Shown: in pieces, positions 16,516-25,376 of the stretch
Position numbering within the stretch: position 1 is the stretch's first letter
Layout of the letters: every line of letters begins with the position of its first letter
Assembly (NCBI GenBank): GCA_007376445.1
Contig: VMGF01000003.1
Coordinates: 31,024 to 95,023 of the forward strand
Source of the DNA: Parcubacteria group bacterium Gr01-1014_3
Lineage (GTDB): Bacteria; Patescibacteriota; Minisyncoccia; UBA6257; WO2-44-18
DNA length: 64,000 bases
Direction of reading: 5' to 3'
The notes under the pieces: generated by a model
The model's database searches: none
What the model saw: only the letters and a program-made list of their open reading frames with translations
What the model was told of the DNA's origin: nothing
Made by a program: the position numbers and the translations under genes

Positions 16516-17163
16516 ATGAACCCCCATGTAAACCGAATCGCATTCGTGGACATAGAAACCACCGATATCAAATACTTTAAGTTATTGAATCCTGCCAGAG
16601 AAGACCTCACGCCGTGGGCGGAGATTTGTGAGATTGGAATTGTCGTAGCCACCCCCGACCTCCAAATTATCGAAGAATTTGAAGCCAAGACAACTCTCCG
16701 GTTCCCAGCTCGGCTCGATCCGCGAGCGCAAGCAGTTAATGGGTATGACGAAAAAGACTGGGAACATTCGCGTGATATCGCCGATGCCTTGCAGGCTTAC
16801 GGCCGGCTAATGGAAAGCGCTGGTGGCTGCCTGTTCGCTTCGCAAAATCCAACCTTTGACCGCACGATCTTAGAGATCGCCTGCATTCAGCATATGGTCA
16901 AAGTTAAGATCGATTATCATTCACTCGATGTCTGGACTCATTCATTCGCCACTCTGAGTGCGAAAGGATACAAGCTGGAAAATTACGGCCTAAATTCCGT
17001 GGCCAAGTTCCTGGGTATGAACGAAGAGCCACTGCCGCATCGAGGACTGACCGGCGCCAGATATGCCTGGGAAGTTACTAAGCGAGTCCGCGAGTTGCCG
17101 ATGAAAGCTGCTGGTATTGTTGGTTCGCCGATTGGTTGCCTGGGGACGCCGACCAATGAGTAA
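16516..17163 (+). CDS. DEDD-family 3'-5' exonuclease (DnaQ/RNase T-like)
   Basis: FVDIETTD Exo I motif, second acidic motif and H-x4-D Exo III region. Confidence 0.7.
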   Translation: MNPHVNRIAFVDIETTDIKYFKLLNPAREDLTPWAEICEIGIVVATPDLQIIEEFEAKTTLRFPARLDPRAQAVNGYDEKDWEHSRDIADALQAYGRLMESAGGCLFASQNPTFDRTILEIACIQHMVKVKIDYHSLDVWTHSFATLSAKGYKLENYGLNSVAKFLGMNEEPLPHRGLTGARYAWEVTKRVRELPMKAAGIVGSPIGCLGTPTNE

Positions 17164-17641
17164 GAAAAAAAGGCGCGAAAAGATCGATCCTGATGTCGCG
17201 AACGCGGCCGATATGAATATGGCCCAGCTGATTCTGCGCAGAAAAGCAGAGGAAAAAGAACTGAGCGAATGTGTTTTCTGCCAAGTTGTCCGCGACAGGA
17301 AAAGAATGATCATCGATTTTAAACATCTTTTTTTGATGAAAGACGCCTTTCCGGTGGTTCAAGATCACTTGCTTATCGTTAGCAAGGAACATCTGCCCGG
17401 CTGCCTGGATCTTCCCGAAACTGCCTGGCTGGAAATCCCGGAGCTGATCAAAGCCGGACTCGGCATGACTAAGCACTACGATCCATCGATTACCGGTTTT
17501 AACCTTGGGCATAACAGCGGCCCGGACGCCGGACAAACTGTCCCACACTGCCACTTTCACCTGTTCCCCCGCCGCAAAGGAGATGTAAAAAATCCCCGCG
17601 GCGGAATCAGAAACTTTAAAACTCCAATTGTTCCTTATTAA
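17156..17641 (+). CDS. HIT (histidine triad) family hydrolase
   Basis: HCHFHLFPR histidine triad near C-terminus; start moved to internal Met overlapping previous stop. Confidence 0.7.
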   Translation: MSKKKRREKIDPDVANAADMNMAQLILRRKAEEKELSECVFCQVVRDRKRMIIDFKHLFLMKDAFPVVQDHLLIVSKEHLPGCLDLPETAWLEIPELIKAGLGMTKHYDPSITGFNLGHNSGPDAGQTVPHCHFHLFPRRKGDVKNPRGGIRNFKTPIVPY

Positions 17642-17645
17642 CCAA

Positions 17646-17700
17646 AACCCGGTCATCGACCGGGTTTTTTTATATAAAAAAACCGGCTTTTAAGCCGGTT
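17646..17700. terminator. pair of rho-independent terminators (AACCCGGTCATCGACCGGGTT + T-run; AACCGGCTTTTAAGCCGGTT)
   Basis: Two hairpins with A and T tracts between convergent genes. Confidence 0.7.
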
Positions 17701-18397
17701 TGGATTCGCTTCGATCGATCCTCCAGTAATCGTTAGCGATCGTGTTCTGATAGAAGTCGATAATGACTTTCATGGGTTTGTCGGCTAGATTCTTGAGCGT
17801 GTCAGTCATTTCTTTATCGAGACTGCGTCCGCTGACGCGATACAGAAGACGATCTCCTGCCGCTAGGTTAAGGAGCTTAAAGTTCTTATAGTCATTTTCT
17901 GATGTTTGGCATATCGCGCAAGCTCGGTAGCTTGGATAAGCGTCATCATAATCATTGGACGATGATCCTTCGTACGCGGAATATCCTACCAAGAAGCGGT
18001 GAGGGCAGTACTCCTCCTGGAATACTTTCTGGCATTCATCATATCGCGATGCGGCGTCCTCGGCCTCTTTCACCGTGATATCTTTTCTCTCCATATCGGC
18101 GGCGAATTTCAGCAGCTCGCTTCTCTTTGCCGTGAACTCTGGCGAAAAATCCAGGAACAGTAGCAGATTCGCCTCAATCCGCGATTGCTGATTTTGGCTA
18201 TCATTCACCTTATCGTGAAAAAGCTTCAGTCTGCTTTTCAAATCCACGATCGCGGCCTCGACAGAGCGAACAACCCGAGAATCCCGGCGAATCTTACTCT
18301 TAGTTGTCCTTAAGGCCATCTTCAAAGTTTTTCGCTGATTAGCGCTGTGCCGCCCAGGCATACTTTTCATCCGATCCTCCTTCAAAATACTTCGCAT
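17690..18397 (-). CDS. hypothetical protein (235 aa; charged N-terminus, CxxC pair)
   Basis: ORF bounded by terminators. Confidence 0.45.
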   Translation of the reverse strand: MRSILKEDRMKSMPGRHSANQRKTLKMALRTTKSKIRRDSRVVRSVEAAIVDLKSRLKLFHDKVNDSQNQQSRIEANLLLFLDFSPEFTAKRSELLKFAADMERKDITVKEAEDAASRYDECQKVFQEEYCPHRFLVGYSAYEGSSSNDYDDAYPSYRACAICQTSENDYKNFKLLNLAAGDRLLYRVSGRSLDKEMTDTLKNLADKPMKVIIDFYQNTIANDYWRIDRSESKPA

Positions 18398-18411
18398 AGA
18401 ATACCATAACC

Positions 18412-18440
18412 AAAACCCCCGGTCAATTGACCGGGGGTTT
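18412..18440. terminator. bidirectional terminator AAACCCCCGGTCAATTGACCGGGGGTTTT
   Basis: Perfect 10-bp stem with A and T runs. Confidence 0.75.
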
Positions 18441-18461
18441 TAATAAAACATTAAATTCAAA

Positions 18462-18974
18462 CTACTCTAAAATACCATCAAGGTTTACGTCGTATAGAAT
18501 CGCCTCTGAAACAAGGCGGTAACGCGCGAGATCGTCTGATTTGAACCAAAGATTGATCTCCGCCTTAGCCTCCTCGGCGTTGCCGGAAGCATGAACGATG
18601 TTCCGCACAGCTCGGTTATCGGCGTCAGCGAGTTGATAAGAGTCCACGGTATAGTCGCCACGAATCGTGCCAACGTCCGAAGAGAGTGGCTCGGTGCCGC
18701 CAATCAGCTTTCGAACTATGCCGATCGCGTGGGCGCCCTCCCAAGCCATTGCCACTACCGGCCCGCTGGTCATGAGCCTTTTAAGATGTCCGAGCACTGG
18801 GTCTTTCATTTTGGCGTAATGCTGACCGATCGTTTCCGCGTTCGGCGTGACTAATTTTATGCCAACTAGCTTTAAGCCAACCCTCTCCAGGCGACCAATC
18901 ACCGCTCCGATAAGACCACGCTGAACACCATCGGGTTTTATTAATACTAAGGTTTGTTCTTGTTTAAGCTTCAT
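18462..18974 (-). CDS. ndk: nucleoside diphosphate kinase
   Basis: NIVHASGNAEEAKAEINLWF active-site His region. Confidence 0.9.
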   Translation of the reverse strand: MKLKQEQTLVLIKPDGVQRGLIGAVIGRLERVGLKLVGIKLVTPNAETIGQHYAKMKDPVLGHLKRLMTSGPVVAMAWEGAHAIGIVRKLIGGTEPLSSDVGTIRGDYTVDSYQLADADNRAVRNIVHASGNAEEAKAEINLWFKSDDLARYRLVSEAILYDVNLDGILE

Positions 18975-19018
18975 AGGGTTACGAATAACGAATTTATACT
19001 AATTAACGAATAATCGAA

Positions 19019-19423
19019 TTATAATTGATTTATAATCCTCTTGAATACCACGCCATCATTACTGAATGTAATCAAAATTGCAAGCCGTAAATTATTTAAT
19101 TTTAAATATTCGAGAACCTGATCAATGTGGGACTTAGAAAATCGTAGGCCACGCTTTATTTCTACAATGATTTTGTCATCGACTAAAAAATCTAAAAACT
19201 TTCTGCCAACAACCTCGTCTTGATACTTTATCGGACAATTAACTTGTTCAAGAAAGGATATTCCAGAACCTTTTAATGCCTGAGCCAGTGCCTTTTGATA
19301 ATATTTCTCGAGCAGACCCGGTCCGATTTCATTGAACACATCAAAAGCCCGGCCGATAATTTTATAGCTCAACTCTGGATAAATAAGATCATCTCTTTTT
19401 AAAACCGAAGCCTGTTTAATCAT
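19019..19423 (-). CDS. GxxExxY family protein (PD-(D/E)XK nuclease-like), second paralog
   Basis: EIGPGLLEKYYQKAL signature; flanked by inverted CGAATAACGAAT / ATTCGTTATTCG repeats. Confidence 0.8.
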   Translation of the reverse strand: MIKQASVLKRDDLIYPELSYKIIGRAFDVFNEIGPGLLEKYYQKALAQALKGSGISFLEQVNCPIKYQDEVVGRKFLDFLVDDKIIVEIKRGLRFSKSHIDQVLEYLKLNNLRLAILITFSNDGVVFKRIINQL

Positions 19424-19462
19424 AGATTCGTTTATTCGTATATTCGCCCGATTCGTTATTCG

Positions 19463-20896
19463 CTACTTGGTGATTTTCAGGTGTAGCTCTTTCATCTGCT
19501 TGTCGTCAACATCGGATGGGGCGTCCATCATCAGGTCTCGGCCATCGCCGGTTTTGGAAAACGCGATCACTTCGCGGATGTTTGGTTCATTCAACAGAAT
19601 CATCATCAAGCGATCAAAGCCGATTGCCGCTCCACCATGCGGAGGCACGCCATAAGAGAACGCGTCCATCATGTGGCCGAACTTATCGATCACCACCTTT
19701 TCTTCATAGCCAAGTAAAGTAAACGCTTTCTTCAAAAGATCCGGCAAGTGGTTACGGATGCTCCCACCGGCGATCTCAAAACCATTCAAAGCAAGGTCGT
19801 ACTGCATCGCCATCACATCTTTCAATTTGTCATAGTCATTGTCATTGGTCATATCTGGCAGTTTTTCTCCGTATGGCATACTGAACGGATTGTGGCCGAA
19901 GTCCCATTTTTTTCTCTGCCCTGAGCCCGCCTGCCCCGCCGCGGCGGTGGCCGAAGGGTCCTTCACCTCTTCGTAGAACGGAAAATCAATCACCCAGACG
20001 AAAGCTAGTTCGTTAGGATCATTTTTATCCTTTCGGAAATCCGGCTTATCGTTGCCATACTTTTCCATCGCTTCTTTATAGGAAATTCGCGGGAATGGAG
20101 CTTGCTGGATTTTCTTTTCCGGAAATTCACGCGTGACCAACTCGATCATCAAACCCTCGAGCACCGCCAAAACATCTTCGCGATTCACAAAGCTCATCTC
20201 TAAATCGATCTGTGTAAACTCCGGCTGGCGATCGCCGCGGGTATCCTCATCCCGGAAGCAACGAGCCACCTGAAAATATCGCTCCAATCCAGCCACCATC
20301 AAAAGCTGTTTATATTGCTGGGGAGACTGCGGAAGCGCGTAAAACTTGCCAGGGTACAATCGAGACGGCACTAAATAATCCCGAGCGCCTTCCGGCGTAG
20401 ACTTTGAAAGAATCGGAGTTTCCACCTCCACAAAATCCTGGCCTTTCATATATTCATCAATAAAGCCGAGGGTTTTACTTCGCAAGCGCAAATTCCTCTG
20501 CATTCTGGCTCGGCGTAAATCTACATAGCGGTATTTCATCCGGGCCTCCTCGCCAATCTCCGAACCATCCGTATCCACCGCGATCGGTGGAGTTTTCGCT
20601 TCGGAGTAAACTGATACTTCTTTTGCCAATATCTCGATCGTGCCGGTAGAAATATTCGGATTGACCATATTCGCCGGGCGAGCGTTGACCTGACCGGTGA
20701 TTTTCACCACCCACTCCGGGCGAAGCTTGTCAGCTTGCTCGTATAAATCTTTTAAAAAGACGACCTGAACCACGCCGCTCCGATCCCGAAGTTCAATAAA
20801 AATAAGTTTGCCGTGATCCCGGCGTACATGCACCCAGCCGGAAATTTCTACCTGCTCGCCGACTTTATTTACTAAGTCTCTGATAAGAGTTCGCAT
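19463..20896 (-). CDS. aspS: aspartyl-tRNA synthetase (bacterial type, likely non-discriminating)
   Basis: OB-fold N-domain, class II motifs, GAD-like insertion, GGAAIGFDRL motif 3; start placed at internal Met. Confidence 0.9.
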   Translation of the reverse strand: MRTLIRDLVNKVGEQVEISGWVHVRRDHGKLIFIELRDRSGVVQVVFLKDLYEQADKLRPEWVVKITGQVNARPANMVNPNISTGTIEILAKEVSVYSEAKTPPIAVDTDGSEIGEEARMKYRYVDLRRARMQRNLRLRSKTLGFIDEYMKGQDFVEVETPILSKSTPEGARDYLVPSRLYPGKFYALPQSPQQYKQLLMVAGLERYFQVARCFRDEDTRGDRQPEFTQIDLEMSFVNREDVLAVLEGLMIELVTREFPEKKIQQAPFPRISYKEAMEKYGNDKPDFRKDKNDPNELAFVWVIDFPFYEEVKDPSATAAAGQAGSGQRKKWDFGHNPFSMPYGEKLPDMTNDNDYDKLKDVMAMQYDLALNGFEIAGGSIRNHLPDLLKKAFTLLGYEEKVVIDKFGHMMDAFSYGVPPHGGAAIGFDRLMMILLNEPNIREVIAFSKTGDGRDLMMDAPSDVDDKQMKELHLKITK

Positions 20897-20921
20897 TGAT
20901 AATGAGTTTATCAAATAATCG

Positions 20922-21374
20922 CTACTTTGTCTCTTTTTTGATGACTTCCAAAATTCCAGAAATAACCTCACTTACCATCGCTCGCTCTCTAGTATTACCG
21001 TCTTTGTCCTTCACGTTTTCAAAAAGTAACTTGTCCCCGACTTTAATTAAATTCCGCAAATCTTCCTTTTCTTCTTTTGACAAACCCCGACCCGCATTAT
21101 TGCTATAGCTCTTCATGTCAAAATCGCCGGCTACCCAGCGAGCTATAAATTCTTCAGATTTCTCCAGATTACCCGAGTGGAACCATTCATCTTTTACATT
21201 TACCAACGGTCGTCCTTTTTCTCTGCCAATTAAGGTGATCTTATAAATAGTTTTGTCGTTTCCGCCAGTCGTCTCTATCGAAACGCGATCCCCGTTTACT
21301 AATTCACGTAAATCTACCTGTTCGATATTTTTTTCTTTTTCAGCCCTAGGCAGTTCCGGCTTCTCGAATTTCAT
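20922..21374 (-). CDS. hypothetical protein (150 aa)
   Basis: ORF only. Confidence 0.4.
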   Translation of the reverse strand: MKFEKPELPRAEKEKNIEQVDLRELVNGDRVSIETTGGNDKTIYKITLIGREKGRPLVNVKDEWFHSGNLEKSEEFIARWVAGDFDMKSYSNNAGRGLSKEEKEDLRNLIKVGDKLLFENVKDKDGNTRERAMVSEVISGILEVIKKETK

Positions 21375-21636
21375 AAATCAATCATATCTTTTCAAAACAT
21401 CTCCGTCAAAATACCCACGCACTAATTTTGCTTTTTCAATATTTAAACTTTTATATCTTTAAGTCTTATCTAAATTAAAACAGCGATACGCTAGGGATCA
21501 CGGCTATTCGCCGCCCGCGTATCGCTGTTTATATATCTGCAAAATTAGTACGGGGTTATCGTTTTGTAACTAAAATTCCTTCGCTTTTAGCTTGGAATTT
21601 TAGACAAAGCCGATAAAAAAGACCCCAATTAGGGGT

Positions 21637-21843
21637 CTACTTCTTATGTTTCGCTTTCCATTTCTGATATCGTTTCTGGACCGATTTGTTATTCCAAAGC
21701 CGGAAATACATTTCTTTACCCAGGGCGGTTCCCCGCTTGATCTCATCCAGCACGCTTCCGCCGCCCATCTGAATACCCAGCTCGCCCTTCGCGTCGGTCG
21801 CGATAAATTCCAAAAAATCCTGATCGGGAGACCAGTAACCCAT
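21637..21843 (-). CDS. small hypothetical protein (68 aa) with terminator hairpin at its 3' end
   Basis: ORF; AGACCCCAATTAGGGGTCT hairpin at 21614-21632. Confidence 0.3.
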   Translation of the reverse strand: MGYWSPDQDFLEFIATDAKGELGIQMGGGSVLDEIKRGTALGKEMYFRLWNNKSVQKRYQKWKAKHKK

Positions 21844-21875
21844 GTCGTTTCTCCTTAAGAACTGAAAATACTATA

Positions 21876-22796
21876 TCACTGCCTTACTAACTTTAAAACT
21901 CCGCCGCTCCAACTCGAACCCATCGTCCCCTTCTCCAGGGTAGTGAAGATCTGCGCCCCCGCGGATTTGAGACGAGCGAGCGCTGCCGGCGTGGGGTGGC
22001 CGTAAGTATTTTTGCCAACTTCGATGATCGCGGCCTTCGGTTTTACCGCGGCTAAAAATTCCGCGCCGCTGGAAAATCGAGAACCGTGATGCCCGACCTT
22101 CAAAATATCCGCCGATAGATCGTATCTTTTCATCAACTCGTTTTCGACATTAAAGCCAATATCTGCCGTAAATAAGATCTTGAAGTTCTTGTCGCGAAGC
22201 ATAGTCACCAAGCTGGTGTCGTTTAGCTCGCTACTTAATAGATCACCGCTATTCGGAGAAAGAATGCCTAAGGCCGTATCCTCGTGAATTATCCGATCTT
22301 CCTCCGCTAATTGAATATACGGAACGCCCCGATTCTGAAGCTCGTTGATTAGAGTCTGATAAGCTCCGGCAGTGCCTTTTCTGCCATTCCCAATAAACGC
22401 TCCGACTTCATAATTTTTCAGCACATCAATAAACCCTCCGAAGTGGTCTAACTGGGGATGGGTCATCAAAAGCATATCGATATACCGGTCCTGGGGCGGT
22501 AAGACTTTGGCCAGCGCCGTTAACACTTTGCCATCCGGATTCCCAGCATCGATCAATAACTTCGGGCCACCAGGAAAAATAATCAGCTGGCTATCCCCTT
22601 GCCCGACATCCAGAAAATAAATTCTGGCACTATCACGCGTGATAGTGCTTGCTTGGATAATCTGATACCAGACAATTCCGTCCAGCAATAATAACGCCGC
22701 TACAATATATAAAACCCAGTTAGACTTTTTTGCTTTGGAATTTTTGTTCAGCATAATAGACAAGTCCAATAAGCGCGGCCCAATAAAGCACGCCAT
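21876..22796 (-). CDS. comEC: ComEC C-terminal metallo-beta-lactamase domain protein (split from N-terminal part)
   Basis: HxHxDH-type MBL motifs (HPQLDH, HHGSR); likely starts at internal Met near 22754. Confidence 0.7.
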   Translation of the reverse strand: MACFIGPRLLDLSIMLNKNSKAKKSNWVLYIVAALLLLDGIVWYQIIQASTITRDSARIYFLDVGQGDSQLIIFPGGPKLLIDAGNPDGKVLTALAKVLPPQDRYIDMLLMTHPQLDHFGGFIDVLKNYEVGAFIGNGRKGTAGAYQTLINELQNRGVPYIQLAEEDRIIHEDTALGILSPNSGDLLSSELNDTSLVTMLRDKNFKILFTADIGFNVENELMKRYDLSADILKVGHHGSRFSSGAEFLAAVKPKAAIIEVGKNTYGHPTPAALARLKSAGAQIFTTLEKGTMGSSWSGGVLKLVRQ

Positions 22797-24153
22797 AGAA
22801 CCAATTAAAGTTCACTACTTCGAATACTCCGCCTAGCTTAGAAAACCAGTCGATGACCGTCAACTCGTAAGTAAGGAGTATGCTGACCAGCCAAGCTAAC
22901 GCCTGCGCCAACCAGCCAGAGATCACGGCCGCGAAAGCCACCATAAATCCAAAAAACATCGTGAGCGGTATGGCGGAAAGTAAAAGCATATTGGTCAACA
23001 AACCCATCGCGGAAACTGTGCCGAATGAACTTAATAAAATCGGGAGCACGGCCAGCTGCGCGGAAAGGGTGGCAAAAAGATTCTGCCGCCAGTTCAGGAT
23101 TCCCGGCTCCTCTTTCGCGCGGACAAGCTTTCGTAATGCCGGAGCCAGATAAACGATTCCTAAAAGCGCAGCGAAGGAAAGCTGGAAGCCAATATCCCAC
23201 ACCAACACTCTCGGATTCGCGAGCACCATCAGGAGCGCGGCAAGCGCGAGAGCGTTCCGGAAATTGTGGATCCGCCCGATCTGGTTCGCGAGTAAAAGCA
23301 AAGAAGCCATGATCGCCGCCCGCACCACCGAGGCTTCGGCTCCCGTCATCACCACGAAGCCAAGAATGATCACCACGGTCAGGACGAAAAACGTCCGCCG
23401 CGAGACCCGGCCCGCTAGAGCTAGGCCAATAGCGTCAATAATAATCGCCACGTTGTACCCGGAGAGCGCGACTAAATGAGAAGTGCCAGTCAAACTCAAC
23501 TTTTCCCGGAATTCTTTGGTGAAGCCGGAGGTATCGCCCAGAATTAACCCGGAAAGAAAAGCGGCCCGCTCTGGCGAGAGGACTTTATAAAATGAATCCC
23601 GCACAAAATCCCGTATCGAAAACAATCCCCGCTTCAGCCAAAAACCTTCATTCTCCCCGGTTGGCGTAATTTTCGGATTCCGCATTCGCGCCACAATGCC
23701 ATTTTTCAGATAGGAATTTTTATATTCCTCCGGAATCTCTTCTACCTTGCCATCAATTTTCAAAACATCGCCATATTTATATGCCGGGTATTTCGAGGTG
23801 AATATTTTAAGCCTGCCGTTATATGACTCGCGAATCGCCATAATTAACTCCTGACTCTCCATTCCCTGCTCGGCTTTGGCCACAAACCCGGTCAGTTCCG
23901 CCTTTTGTCCGACCGGTAAATTACTGGACAGGCGGAACTGGTCGACGATGACAACATGACCATAACCAATGACCAGAAAAATGCTTAATGCCGCCATCCA
24001 ATAACGTCCCAGAAGTAAAAACAGCGCGCCCAGTAAAAGCGTGATTCCGATAATTATCCAGAACCTACTTCCCCATTCTTGAAACACGCTTGCCAGAAAT
24101 ACCCCAATCAAAAATAAGCTGGAGGAATAGAAAAATATAGAGCCGGGTTTCAT
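22720..24153 (-). CDS. comEC: ComEC N-terminal part (DUF4131 + competence/Rec2 membrane domain)
   Basis: Polytopic membrane domain typical of ComEC; overlaps the downstream MBL ORF in a different frame. Confidence 0.7.
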   Translation of the reverse strand: MKPGSIFFYSSSLFLIGVFLASVFQEWGSRFWIIIGITLLLGALFLLLGRYWMAALSIFLVIGYGHVVIVDQFRLSSNLPVGQKAELTGFVAKAEQGMESQELIMAIRESYNGRLKIFTSKYPAYKYGDVLKIDGKVEEIPEEYKNSYLKNGIVARMRNPKITPTGENEGFWLKRGLFSIRDFVRDSFYKVLSPERAAFLSGLILGDTSGFTKEFREKLSLTGTSHLVALSGYNVAIIIDAIGLALAGRVSRRTFFVLTVVIILGFVVMTGAEASVVRAAIMASLLLLANQIGRIHNFRNALALAALLMVLANPRVLVWDIGFQLSFAALLGIVYLAPALRKLVRAKEEPGILNWRQNLFATLSAQLAVLPILLSSFGTVSAMGLLTNMLLLSAIPLTMFFGFMVAFAAVISGWLAQALAWLVSILLTYELTVIDWFSKLGGVFEVVNFNWFYGVLYWAALIGLVYYAEQKFQSKKV

Positions 24154-24193
24154 TGCGGCAAGTATAGCCAGCTAAACCACAAACAGTCAAAAA

Positions 24194-24418
24194 TTACTTC
24201 TTATTCCCAATAGCAATATAGAGGATCGCGCGCTTTATAAGTTCTATGATAACAGCTCCAATACCACCACCGAATATAATCGCCCCCATAGCCAACAAAA
24301 TTCCCTCCTCCCAAAGAGCTAAAGTTAAACCAAAAACCCAAATTGCCAAAAAAACGTAGGCTCCAATATATACAACCTTGAGGACGCGATACCAAATTTT
24401 AGCCTCTAAATCTTTCAT
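24194..24418 (-). CDS. small membrane protein (2 TM)
   Basis: ORF, hydrophobic. Confidence 0.3.
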   Translation of the reverse strand: MKDLEAKIWYRVLKVVYIGAYVFLAIWVFGLTLALWEEGILLAMGAIIFGGGIGAVIIELIKRAILYIAIGNKK

Positions 24419-24420
24419 TT

Positions 24421-24819
24421 TTACTTTCTACGAAAACCTCCTATTAAAATGTAAGCTGTCAGTGCCCAAACTGGCACAATCCCAAAAGTTAATGGATCTT
24501 TCACTGCCCTGCTAGCCCAAAGATACATCCCATCAGAAACAAGGACAATCGGGCCGAACACCCACCAAACAATAACCAGCAATGCCAATATTTCGCCAAT
24601 TCTTCTTAGAGGCGTGCTTTGAACTAAGCCTAACCTTCGCTTCTTCGCCGATCTATATGCAAGGGAACCTAAGGTCATGATGAAGCCAATTATTGGGGTA
24701 TTGCCAGGATATGACCCATTAACAACGTTAACCAGACTGATAATCCCCAATATGCCCACGGCCAAGGCGATAGTTGAGCCAACAAACCTTTTATCGAAAC
24801 CAGTAGATTTTATTTCCAT
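24421..24819 (-). CDS. small membrane protein (3-4 TM)
   Basis: ORF, hydrophobic. Confidence 0.35.
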   Translation of the reverse strand: MEIKSTGFDKRFVGSTIALAVGILGIISLVNVVNGSYPGNTPIIGFIMTLGSLAYRSAKKRRLGLVQSTPLRRIGEILALLVIVWWVFGPIVLVSDGMYLWASRAVKDPLTFGIVPVWALTAYILIGGFRRK

Positions 24820-24853
24820 GTATCTTTACATTATAGCATTAGTTCTAAATAAA

Positions 24854-25369
24854 TTAATCTTGATTTTCTTTAGAATACTGCCACAAAGCCTTATCAACTG
24901 TTCTAATATCCAAGCCAACATTTTTTGATATTTCACGAATATAAATAAAATATTTTTTCCAGTATTGAAAAGTATAACTAGCCGGAGGCTTACCCCAGCC
25001 AATAGACCATAGGACTCGAAAATCTAGAACTGGGTATTGTTCCGGAAATGCAAAATGTAAAATTACTGACGCCATAGGCCAGGAAACTCCATTTAAACCA
25101 AGCAAGCTGGAAATGCGAGCCTGTTCGGTTTTGGCTGATAAGCTAAATTTAGTAATCTCTATGACTGCCTCCGGATCATTATTCTTACAATGCCTAACTA
25201 TACGCGGTGCCTTCCAATGTCCGATTTTGATTAGCTCATCGATATTCAAATATCGCCGATTGAATAAAATCTTTTTTAGTTCGGCCTCAATCATCTTGTC
25301 CTTAACGCTGGCCTTCTTGTCGTATTTTTCAGCATATTCAATTAGTAATGCCTTATTATTTATATCCAT
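24854..25369 (-). CDS. hypothetical protein (171 aa)
   Basis: ORF only. Confidence 0.4.
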   Translation of the reverse strand: MDINNKALLIEYAEKYDKKASVKDKMIEAELKKILFNRRYLNIDELIKIGHWKAPRIVRHCKNNDPEAVIEITKFSLSAKTEQARISSLLGLNGVSWPMASVILHFAFPEQYPVLDFRVLWSIGWGKPPASYTFQYWKKYFIYIREISKNVGLDIRTVDKALWQYSKENQD

Positions 25370-25376
25370 TTGAGTT

